A stretch of 10,043 bases of DNA from positions 64,001-74,043 of IMG/VR virus record IMGVR_UViG_3300033072_000187. The stretch is one strand, 5' to 3'. This document shows, one piece after another, positions 1 to 6,648 of this stretch (position 1 is its first letter; every line of letters begins with the position of its first letter). The notes beneath the pieces are model-generated. The model was not told the DNA's origin. It did not search any database and saw only the letters and a program-made list of their open reading frames with translations. The position numbers and the translations under genes were made by a program. This DNA is from a virus. Taxonomy: Duplodnaviria; Heunggongvirae; Uroviricota; Caudoviricetes.

Positions 1-97
1 CAGTAAAACTGACAATAGCTTGCATTGGAGCAGGATAATCAATAATAATTTTATTAATTCTTTTATATTGCTGACCAACAACAGTAGTATCAAACAT
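1..97 (-). CDS. Hypothetical protein, 5' part only (runs off the window; MFDTTVVGQQYKRINKIIIDYPAPMQAIVSFT...)
   Basis: ATG at 97-95 preceded by TAAAGGAATAGTT (AAGGA Shine-Dalgarno); frame open for 32 codons to the window edge; same strand as the whole module. Not in the ORF track because it is truncated. Confidence 0.75.
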   Translation of the reverse strand, partial: MFDTTVVGQQYKRINKIIIDYPAPMQAIVSFT

Positions 98-109
98 AAC
101 TATTCCTTT

Positions 110-136
110 AAAACAAGGGGGCCGAAGCCCCTGTTT
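110..136 (-). terminator. Rho-independent terminator after the 972-aa gene
   Basis: Minus strand reads AAACAGGGGC-TTCG-GCCCCCTTGTTTT: GC-rich stem (118-131) closed by a C(UUCG)G tetraloop, followed by a U-rich tract, directly after tandem TAA TAA stops (140-135). Confidence 0.8.
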
Positions 137-137
137 A

Positions 138-3056
138 TTAACTCCAAGCCTTAATGACAACATACCCGAGGGTTGCACCAGAACCTGCTGTACTCACTCT
201 AGCTCTTACAAAAGTAGCAGATTTATTAACAGTAGCTTCTACTGTGCTAGATGCAACAGCCGTTAATGGACTACCGATTGCGTACCAGTTCAAAGAATCT
301 TCCGATCCTTCTAATTGAAACGCTGGAGCAGTAGTAGTGATTGCACCCATGTTAATAATCAACTGAACATTGTTAGCAGCGCCTTGGAACAGTACAGGTG
401 TTACACTATTAAGTGTATTGGGTACTACTGTTCTATCCATCAGTCTCTTCTGTGGTTCAGAAGGCATGAACGGTAAGATGTTTCTAGTAACAGAATGAGT
501 GAAGCTAGGAGAAGTCCCACTTACAGTACGGATGTATCTGATATGTCTGCCGGTTGCTCTAAGAATTGGAGAGTTGTAAGAACCCATTGCTGTGATTCTT
601 TGAAATTCATACAACGTTACCCAGTTAGTACCACCATCAAACGATTCTTCAATGCGTACGTCCAAAGTAGGCGTAGTACCAGAAACAGCCGTAACAGGAA
701 TAGTCACTTGGAAACCATTACCTAAGTTATTACTAACAGCAGAACCAGTATTAGTTGCTGTCAAAGCCGCTGAAGCAATATCTGCAATACCCGTAATAGC
801 CGGATGAATATACCACCCGCCCAAACCTGTTGTTGTAGAGATAGTACCTGCTGTAGCTTGGTTAACTGAAATGGAAGTGTTTTGTACCGCTACAGGGAAA
901 GAAGATACTAAATCAGAAGCTGGTCTAGTTAAAGGTTCAACTCTCAGTCTTTCATAGTCAAACAATCTAACAAAACTAATTCTAAAATCAGTACGTCTAA
1001 TTACACTACCACCTACGTTAGTACTTGCTGCACTGCTAGGAATAGTAGTATCACCTGTAGGTTCAAGGTATAGCGTAGTTGTTTGTAAATCTCTGACTCT
1101 ATACACACCATCTACACCAGCATCAGCCCCTGTAGTATCTACTCTAACGCCATACAGATTAACAAGATCACCGATAGAAACACCTGTCCAAGTAGCATTA
1201 CCTACAAGTACCAAAACTCCAGAAGAAATAGCGTAAGACTGAGCTACTTGTGGAGACTGTCCTTGTAGAACTTGCTGACCTTGCACTCTTGACACTAAAC
1301 CACCGTAAGAAGTTGCTGTAACAGCAGAACCCCAAATAACAGTAAAAGTAGTCGCATTAACTACAGAGGCAACAACAGTCGCAGTAGTCAAGTTAGCAAA
1401 GTTGGTTTGATCTCTAACACCGTTTGTTACGATATAGTCACCAACAGTAAGTCCATGATTGCTTGCAGTAATAACAGTAGCAGTCGTGGTACCTGTTTTT
1501 GCTACGGATACAATCTTAGCATTAGGTACAGACAACCCTTTCAAATTCTTAGCTTTGAATCTAAGTTTATATAACAAGTCAGGGTTTGGAACTACTTGAG
1601 CAAAAGCGGCGCGGCTTGATTGCTGAGAAATAGCATCAATACCTACATCCATCCATTGTACTCTATCAGCTTGTTGTGAAACAACATATTGAGTAGAGGG
1701 TCTTGCTGTATAGTTTAGAGCAGTAGCTACAGGAATAGAAGAAGATGTAGATGAAACAGTAACAGAATGCGACCCGTTAATCGTACCACCAATCGGAGTA
1801 GCATCCCCACCTTCAGACTTAACATAGAACGAAGCATTAGTACTACTACCGTTCTCGAAGATCATTGAAGTACCGTTTGTAGCCCATGACACAGCATCAC
1901 GCACATAAACAAACGCACTAGCTGGCGAGAATGGCCCGACTGTCAATGATCCGATAGTACCCTGCGGCCCTGCTGCACAAGTAAATTGAGTAAGCGTAGG
2001 CGTTGTAGCAACAACAAGAGCAGAGTAGTTAAGTCTTGAATCATTACTTACCCCATAAATACCAATACGCATACCAACTTTTAAGTTGTGGTTAGTTGTA
2101 GTATTTACTGTAAGTGTAGATGTAGCTTGTTGGATATTTAGAATCTGGACTTCCATCGGGCCTGATGGCGGTACGCCGGATTCGTCCTGATTAATAATAG
2201 CTAACGAAAGTTCTTGCCCATAAGTTCTTTGGGAAGTATGTAGCCCTACCCCCAAGTCAATAGGCATTTTGAAAATTGCATCACTTTCAATATACGTCTC
2301 AGTACCAGCCGTTAATGGGTCAAGTGACAGAGTTAAATAACTTGCTCCACAAGCATTACCTTCTAACTGAATCAAATCCCCGGTTGCTTTAGAATAAGAA
2401 GGCCAATTATTATTAGGCCAAGACTCCATAGCATCACGAAGTTTGTTATTAAAGTTCTTAACTTCGGAAGCTGCTACTCTAAAGTTACCATAGTTAGTAA
2501 GAGCTTGAGGGAATGGTTGCAAATCACCATAGGTAGTATTCAAAGATAATACAGTAGTTGCAGATACCCCAATATTCTTTACTGTAACTCTGGCATAATT
2601 AGCATTAAGTTGAATACACTCGCAAATATCTTTTGATTTTGCTCTTACAAACTCACTCTTACTTACAATATTTACACCAGCAGCATCGATAGCTTGTTCA
2701 ATTGTAACTCTGATAGGTTGATCACAATCAATCAAAACTTGCAAAGCTGGTTGATTAAATACATCTTCCCAACCGCCAACAAAAGATGCTCCTGCTGCTA
2801 GATTAGTTGTAGTATTGTTAGATGTTGAATTATAGTACAGTTTAGATGTTAAAGTTGTCCTTACAGGAACACCATTATTGATACCTTGGATTGCTTGAGC
2901 AAGAGTGCCAGAAGTACCACCAGCGGTTACATCTCCACTAGCACCGCCACCTCCACCACCACCTCCAGATACAACCAAACTACCATCAGCGGTTACTTTC
3001 AGCGGTACAGTAGTTCCAGAAGTTCCACTAACTAAGCCTTCAATAAGTGTAGACAT
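138..3056 (-). CDS. 972-aa multidomain beta-rich virion structural protein (candidate capsid appendage or adhesion protein)
   Basis: Long ORF with AAGGA SD (TAAGGAATAATTA-ATG). Rich in T/S/G/V/A; Gly8 linker at aa 31-38; three T-x-T-x3-HGL-x2-GD-x-V-x-I-x-GV-type repeats; two terminal modules with E-x-S-x-D-(G)-x2-W motifs. Located immediately downstream of the capsid gene. CDS is certain, function is inferred. Confidence 0.7.
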   Translation of the reverse strand: MSTLIEGLVSGTSGTTVPLKVTADGSLVVSGGGGGGGGASGDVTAGGTSGTLAQAIQGINNGVPVRTTLTSKLYYNSTSNNTTTNLAAGASFVGGWEDVFNQPALQVLIDCDQPIRVTIEQAIDAAGVNIVSKSEFVRAKSKDICECIQLNANYARVTVKNIGVSATTVLSLNTTYGDLQPFPQALTNYGNFRVAASEVKNFNNKLRDAMESWPNNNWPSYSKATGDLIQLEGNACGASYLTLSLDPLTAGTETYIESDAIFKMPIDLGVGLHTSQRTYGQELSLAIINQDESGVPPSGPMEVQILNIQQATSTLTVNTTTNHNLKVGMRIGIYGVSNDSRLNYSALVVATTPTLTQFTCAAGPQGTIGSLTVGPFSPASAFVYVRDAVSWATNGTSMIFENGSSTNASFYVKSEGGDATPIGGTINGSHSVTVSSTSSSIPVATALNYTARPSTQYVVSQQADRVQWMDVGIDAISQQSSRAAFAQVVPNPDLLYKLRFKAKNLKGLSVPNAKIVSVAKTGTTTATVITASNHGLTVGDYIVTNGVRDQTNFANLTTATVVASVVNATTFTVIWGSAVTATSYGGLVSRVQGQQVLQGQSPQVAQSYAISSGVLVLVGNATWTGVSIGDLVNLYGVRVDTTGADAGVDGVYRVRDLQTTTLYLEPTGDTTIPSSAASTNVGGSVIRRTDFRISFVRLFDYERLRVEPLTRPASDLVSSFPVAVQNTSISVNQATAGTISTTTGLGGWYIHPAITGIADIASAALTATNTGSAVSNNLGNGFQVTIPVTAVSGTTPTLDVRIEESFDGGTNWVTLYEFQRITAMGSYNSPILRATGRHIRYIRTVSGTSPSFTHSVTRNILPFMPSEPQKRLMDRTVVPNTLNSVTPVLFQGAANNVQLIINMGAITTTAPAFQLEGSEDSLNWYAIGSPLTAVASSTVEATVNKSATFVRARVSTAGSGATLGYVVIKAWS

Positions 3057-3133
3057 TAATTATTCCTTATGTTATTATTACTATTACAACTTACCTTCTC
3101 TTATTGAAGAGAATTAAATTAATACTCTTTAGT

Positions 3134-3166
3134 AAGAAAAGGTAAGTACCCGAAGATACTTACCTT
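3134..3166 (-). terminator. Rho-independent terminator after the major capsid gene
   Basis: Minus strand AAGGTAAGTA-TC-TTCG-GG-TACTTACCTT then TTCTT: 10 Watson-Crick pairs plus U-G and C-G closing a C(UUCG)G tetraloop, starting 8 nt after the capsid stop codon. Confidence 0.85.
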
Positions 3167-3174
3167 ATGCTACA

Positions 3175-4194
3175 TTAAGGAGTAGTAGCCTTCACTACGA
3201 GAGCAGGACGACGCAGAACGTCGATGTAGTTACTTTCTGCTTCAATATCAATACCGTTACCTTTAGGATCACGATAAGTCAGCATGTACATTTCTTGAGC
3301 AGTCGTATTAACAAATTCCATCTTCTCCATAGGAGCGTAATAAGACATGAACATACCATCAACACCGTTAGGTACAAAGTATGCTTCTTTAGCTGGAATC
3401 TGACGAATACCACCCAAACTAGAACGAACTTCAATGAAAGTTACATTCATGTAGTAGAAGGTGCGATACATGCTCAAACCACCCAAACGCTGACGCAGAG
3501 GCTCTTGAACAGAAGCGTAGTAGGTATAAGCAGCTTGAATCTTGTTATGAGCAATCAAAGCAGAGAAAAACTCAGGAGAAGCATAACAAGTAATACCGTT
3601 AGGCATACTATCGTTAAACATATTGTCTTGGATATGAGCAATAGCTTCTTCAACTTTAGCTAAAACATCCGTACCGGCAGTACCAAGAGCAAAGTCAATA
3701 ACTTTACGGGTAATACCGAAATCGGTATAGAAGTTATGAACAATACCAGAAGTACCGGGGAAGTATGCAGCGCCATCTACAATAGTTTTGAAACGAGAAA
3801 TTTCATGTGTAACATCAAAAGACTTACGAATCTTCAGCATCTTACGAGCAAGGGCAGCAGCTTCAGTCTCAGGGGCAGTTAAATTGCCGTAAGCAGATTT
3901 ACTTTGCAAATCAGAAGGAGCAAGAGCTTCTACAACAGGGTGACGACCGATATTGAAAGAATGAATCTTACGAACTTCACCATTAAGAGTGTTAGGTTTA
4001 GCACCCCAAGCAGTATCAGCAATCAGGGCAAGTGTTCCGTTCTGCTCTTCAAAAGTTGCAGTACGGGTACTCAGGAATTCATTTTGGAACAAACCAGAAT
4101 CATTCAACAAAGTATTACTTGCTGGTACAAGAGCCAGTTCTTGTGTATAATCAACAACCTCAAAGTTGTTACTAAACGAACGAATAATAGGCAT
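3175..4194 (-). CDS. Major capsid protein, lambda gpE-like family (HK97 fold)
   Basis: 339 aa; family-typical segments (T-x2-L-x3-P near the N terminus, E-x5-ARK-x3-IR, ASPEFFSALIAH, IPAKEAYFVP, C-terminal IEAESN-x4-RRP-x2-V); follows a gpD-like gene; TAAGGA SD; followed by a strong terminator. Confidence 0.93.
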   Translation of the reverse strand: MPIIRSFSNNFEVVDYTQELALVPASNTLLNDSGLFQNEFLSTRTATFEEQNGTLALIADTAWGAKPNTLNGEVRKIHSFNIGRHPVVEALAPSDLQSKSAYGNLTAPETEAAALARKMLKIRKSFDVTHEISRFKTIVDGAAYFPGTSGIVHNFYTDFGITRKVIDFALGTAGTDVLAKVEEAIAHIQDNMFNDSMPNGITCYASPEFFSALIAHNKIQAAYTYYASVQEPLRQRLGGLSMYRTFYYMNVTFIEVRSSLGGIRQIPAKEAYFVPNGVDGMFMSYYAPMEKMEFVNTTAQEMYMLTYRDPKGNGIDIEAESNYIDVLRRPALVVKATTP

Positions 4195-4216
4195 ATTATT
4201 TCCTTATAATTATAAA

Positions 4217-4615
4217 TTAACCACCGCTGGTAAGGACTTGAATACCTTTACCGTCAAGAACGTCATAAGCAACAAGTTTGTCAGCATCGTTGTAAGAAGC
4301 ATCAAAGTACAGACCAGCAGCATTTACTTGAACAGGGCCACGGAACAGAACAAGAATCTTGGTATCAGTGGCAGCAGGAATAGCTTTATCTTCGATAACG
4401 ATAGCAAACGGAGTTTGCGAACCATCAACAGCAGTATCTACAGAGATTTTTACTTTACCAGAGGCAGTAACTTTACCAAGTACGTCGCCAATCTTGTAGG
4501 TCTTAGCGGCAGCTTCGTTAGCTGTCAGTACAGCACGGCAATACCCCGGAAGTTCTTGATATTCACCTTTTACGGTGTTGCTAAATCTTTGGTTTTCACT
4601 AGCAATAACAGACAT
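4217..4615 (-). CDS. Head decoration protein, lambda gpD-like
   Basis: 132 aa with IGDVLGKVTASGK, DGSQTPFAIV and VLFRGP motifs typical of gpD-like decoration proteins; lies directly before the capsid gene; TAATG overlap with the upstream stop; AAGGA SD. Confidence 0.85.
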   Translation of the reverse strand: MSVIASENQRFSNTVKGEYQELPGYCRAVLTANEAAAKTYKIGDVLGKVTASGKVKISVDTAVDGSQTPFAIVIEDKAIPAATDTKILVLFRGPVQVNAAGLYFDASYNDADKLVAYDVLDGKGIQVLTSGG

Positions 4616-5604
4616 TATTTATCCTTTTTAGATGTGTGGAATTGAGCTTTAAGAATATCGGCTACAAGATTGACTTGAGCAGGCTCTTTCTCTTCAGCGG
4701 AAGCGCCTTTTTCTACGAACAGTTCATCTACAGCAGCTTTTGATTCTTTAGTAATCGCAGCAAGAGCTTTAACTACTTCTTCAAACTCTGAATCTTCTTT
4801 AACAAGAAGAGCAGCTTTAGCAATAACAGTAGCTTTATCTTTACCAACTGCTTTTTCAATCTTTTCAAAACGAGACTTTTTAATAGCCTCTTCTTTTTCT
4901 TTCTCAAACTGTTTGATAGATTCAAGAGCTTTTTGGAGTTCAACTTTCTGATCTTCCAATGCTTTTTGAAGTTCTACGAAAGCAGCTTTAGCAATAACTT
5001 CTTCCTGCATAGATTTCTCCGAATTACTTTTAATAACAGAGGCTTTACCAACCTCAACTTCAGTATTCTCAACGAGATTAGTTTCTGTTGAGGTATCAGT
5101 AGCCTTCGCTACAGATTCTTTTTCAAATGCTTTTTCTACAATCTCTTGATCTTGTAGTAGCATCAAATATTGATCTTCTTTCAACCCTGAAAGATATTTA
5201 GCCAAAAAACCTTCTTGCAAGGCAGTATTAGCTGATTTAAGGATTTCAAAATTAGAGAGCTTCTCTTGCATATACTGCTCGTATTCGTCAGCTTCATCTT
5301 TTAGATAAGTTGCTTTAGGCTCAAAGCCGAACAATCTAACAAGCAGTTCAGCATCGGATTCCCATAGTCCGAAGAACTTTTGAAGGAAATCTTCAATATC
5401 CATCGTTACTTTAATTTGAGAGGCTTTCTCTACAAACTCTGGGGAATACTCTTCAACTGCCTTAATAACTAAAGCCTTATCTCTTCCATTAGCAGGCCCA
5501 CCGCAGGCTTTACCTACTAAAGCTAAATGCGCTTTATCTCCGCTAAAATCAATATCAGTCAAGGCACGTTTGGCCTTTCTTGTCTTTTTAACTTGTTCAG
5601 TCAT
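4615..5604 (-). CDS. Capsid scaffolding/assembly protein (conserved N-terminal motif plus acidic, Lys-rich coiled coil)
   Basis: 329 aa between protease and decoration/capsid genes; N-terminal AKRALTDIDF...AHLALV...GGPAN motif; E/K/A-rich helical C-terminal half with a tandem VELQKALE repeat (4921-4977); GAGGA SD inside the upstream gene and an 8-nt ATGACTGA overlap. Confidence 0.7.
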   Translation of the reverse strand: MTEQVKKTRKAKRALTDIDFSGDKAHLALVGKACGGPANGRDKALVIKAVEEYSPEFVEKASQIKVTMDIEDFLQKFFGLWESDAELLVRLFGFEPKATYLKDEADEYEQYMQEKLSNFEILKSANTALQEGFLAKYLSGLKEDQYLMLLQDQEIVEKAFEKESVAKATDTSTETNLVENTEVEVGKASVIKSNSEKSMQEEVIAKAAFVELQKALEDQKVELQKALESIKQFEKEKEEAIKKSRFEKIEKAVGKDKATVIAKAALLVKEDSEFEEVVKALAAITKESKAAVDELFVEKGASAEEKEPAQVNLVADILKAQFHTSKKDK

Positions 5605-6196
5605 TAATATCCTCTTCTATTTGATAAGGTGTAGCTACAGCTCCAATACTTACCCCGTTGATTTCTCCGCTTTCAACCATTTCCCATAAAGTATCATCAG
5701 TAACTTGCAAAGTAACTAACCAAGCGCCTTTCTCTACTAATTCTTCCCCAAGCATCATATCTACAGGCGCTTGATAACTTTCTATTACATAGAAAGAATT
5801 AGTATTAAAGGAATGAAATAAATTACTTTTTGGTTTATTCTGATTGAAAGATTCTTTAGCTTTTCTGATTTCATCTACAGAGGTATAATCACCGTGCAAA
5901 TCAACACCCGGAGCCATACAAACATAAGTTACCTGTTTAAGTAACTTATCTGATTTTTCAATTTCTGTAGTATTTCCAAAAGCAGCCTTTAGATGCCAAG
6001 GAAAACTACCTTGACTCTTTTGTAGCTTTTTTAATTTATCTTCGTATTGATTTACTGCGTTGTTTGCAATAGCAAACGATTTATCTTCTTTACCTGATTC
6101 TTTAAACACACTATTGAAAGTAGCAACAAATATTTCTTTTACCTTTTTAGATTTATCTTTCATAGCAGCAGGTAAATTACTCATGCTATATGGCAT
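5597..6196 (-). CDS. Putative prohead serine protease, XkdF-like (S78-type), with N-terminal ChaB-like domain
   Basis: C-terminal part has XkdF-type motifs: DLHGD, EIRKA-x2-SFN, NLFH (candidate catalytic His), IESY-x-AP-x-D, KGAWL, W-x2-V-x2-G-x-I-x-GVSIG (candidate catalytic Ser). aa 1-50 (MPYS..LP....K....IF...FNS....GKE..SF..A..AV) resemble ChaB. AGAGG SD. Confidence 0.8.
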   Translation of the reverse strand: MPYSMSNLPAAMKDKSKKVKEIFVATFNSVFKESGKEDKSFAIANNAVNQYEDKLKKLQKSQGSFPWHLKAAFGNTTEIEKSDKLLKQVTYVCMAPGVDLHGDYTSVDEIRKAKESFNQNKPKSNLFHSFNTNSFYVIESYQAPVDMMLGEELVEKGAWLVTLQVTDDTLWEMVESGEINGVSIGAVATPYQIEEDIND

Positions 6197-6213
6197 AGTA
6201 AAACCTCTTATTA

Positions 6214-6230
6214 ACTATATTTAATATAGT
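6214..6230. repeat. 17-bp inverted repeat (ACTATATT-T-AATATAGT), candidate operator
   Basis: Perfect 8-bp arms with a 1-bp spacer, between the predicted promoter and the protease SD. The region is AT-rich, so a chance occurrence is not excluded. Confidence 0.4.
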
Positions 6231-6249
6231 CTTAAAATTATTGCAAAAG

Positions 6250-6278
6250 ATTATAGCAAATAAATATTAAAATATCAA
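6250..6278 (-). promoter_or_regulatory. Sigma70-type promoter for the protease-scaffold-decoration-capsid operon
   Basis: Minus strand TTGATA (6278-6273), 17-nt spacer, TATAAT (6255-6250), with an extended -10 TGn; about 54 nt upstream of the protease ATG. Confidence 0.75.
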
Positions 6279-6295
6279 GGAGATAATATTATTAT

Positions 6296-6640
6296 TTAAA
6301 TCTTATTTGATCTTCTATCTATTAAACCTTGTTTTGCTAGGGCACTAGCTTTAAGAGCTTCTTCTTCTCTAATCTGTAAATGCGTTTGCCTTACAGTTAG
6401 CTCTGAGATGATAACCTGCAACTTACTTACCTCTTGTTGTAGTTGCATAACTTGTTGATGCAATCTTTGATTTTCATCTCGCAAGGATTGAATAATTGCT
6501 GTTGTAGCAGCAGCAATATTAGCTTCAGTTGTATCTTTATTCCACCATACACGGAACTTACTAAGTAAGCCACCGAGAATGAATAAAGCAGCAATGATAG
6601 CTCCTGATATAGTTCCTGCATTGTCTTGAATCTCTATCAT
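6296..6640 (-). CDS. Single-pass membrane protein with coiled coil (holin-like, function unproven)
   Basis: 114 aa; hydrophobic segment aa ~10-27 (TISGAIIAALFILGGLLS) followed by basic KFR..K, then a heptad-rich Q/E/L region (LRDENQRLHQQVMQLQQEVSKL); TAAGGA SD. Confidence 0.55.
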   Translation of the reverse strand: MIEIQDNAGTISGAIIAALFILGGLLSKFRVWWNKDTTEANIAAATTAIIQSLRDENQRLHQQVMQLQQEVSKLQVIISELTVRQTHLQIREEEALKASALAKQGLIDRRSNKI

Positions 6641-6648
6641 ATCTTTCC

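Noticed and set aside
495-725. Plus-strand 76-aa ORF
   Set aside because: Antisense shadow inside the 972-aa gene; no SD or recognisable motif.
3089-3097. Extra copy of the terminator arm sequence AAGGTAAGT
   Set aside because: Lies downstream of the termination point, so it cannot act as an antiterminator; a 9-mer match is weak evidence.
2905-3117. Plus-strand 70-aa ORF with a poly-proline run
   Set aside because: The poly-Pro is the reverse complement of the Gly8 codons; YYYY comes from the AT-rich spacer.
3175-3200. Frameshift or read-through fusing the capsid protein to the 972-aa protein
   Set aside because: No slippery heptamer at the capsid 3' end, TAA stop, a strong terminator follows, and the downstream gene has its own SD.
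3295-4645. Three plus-strand ORFs (122, 101 and 159 aa) opposite the capsid and decoration genes
   Set aside because: Expected by-product of strong codon bias in highly expressed genes; no motifs and opposite to the operon direction.
6427-6621. 64-aa alternative-frame ORF nested in the membrane-protein gene, considered as an embedded o-spanin
   Set aside because: No signal peptide or lipobox Cys near the N terminus, and the host protein's charge distribution predicts a cytoplasmic, not periplasmic, coiled coil.
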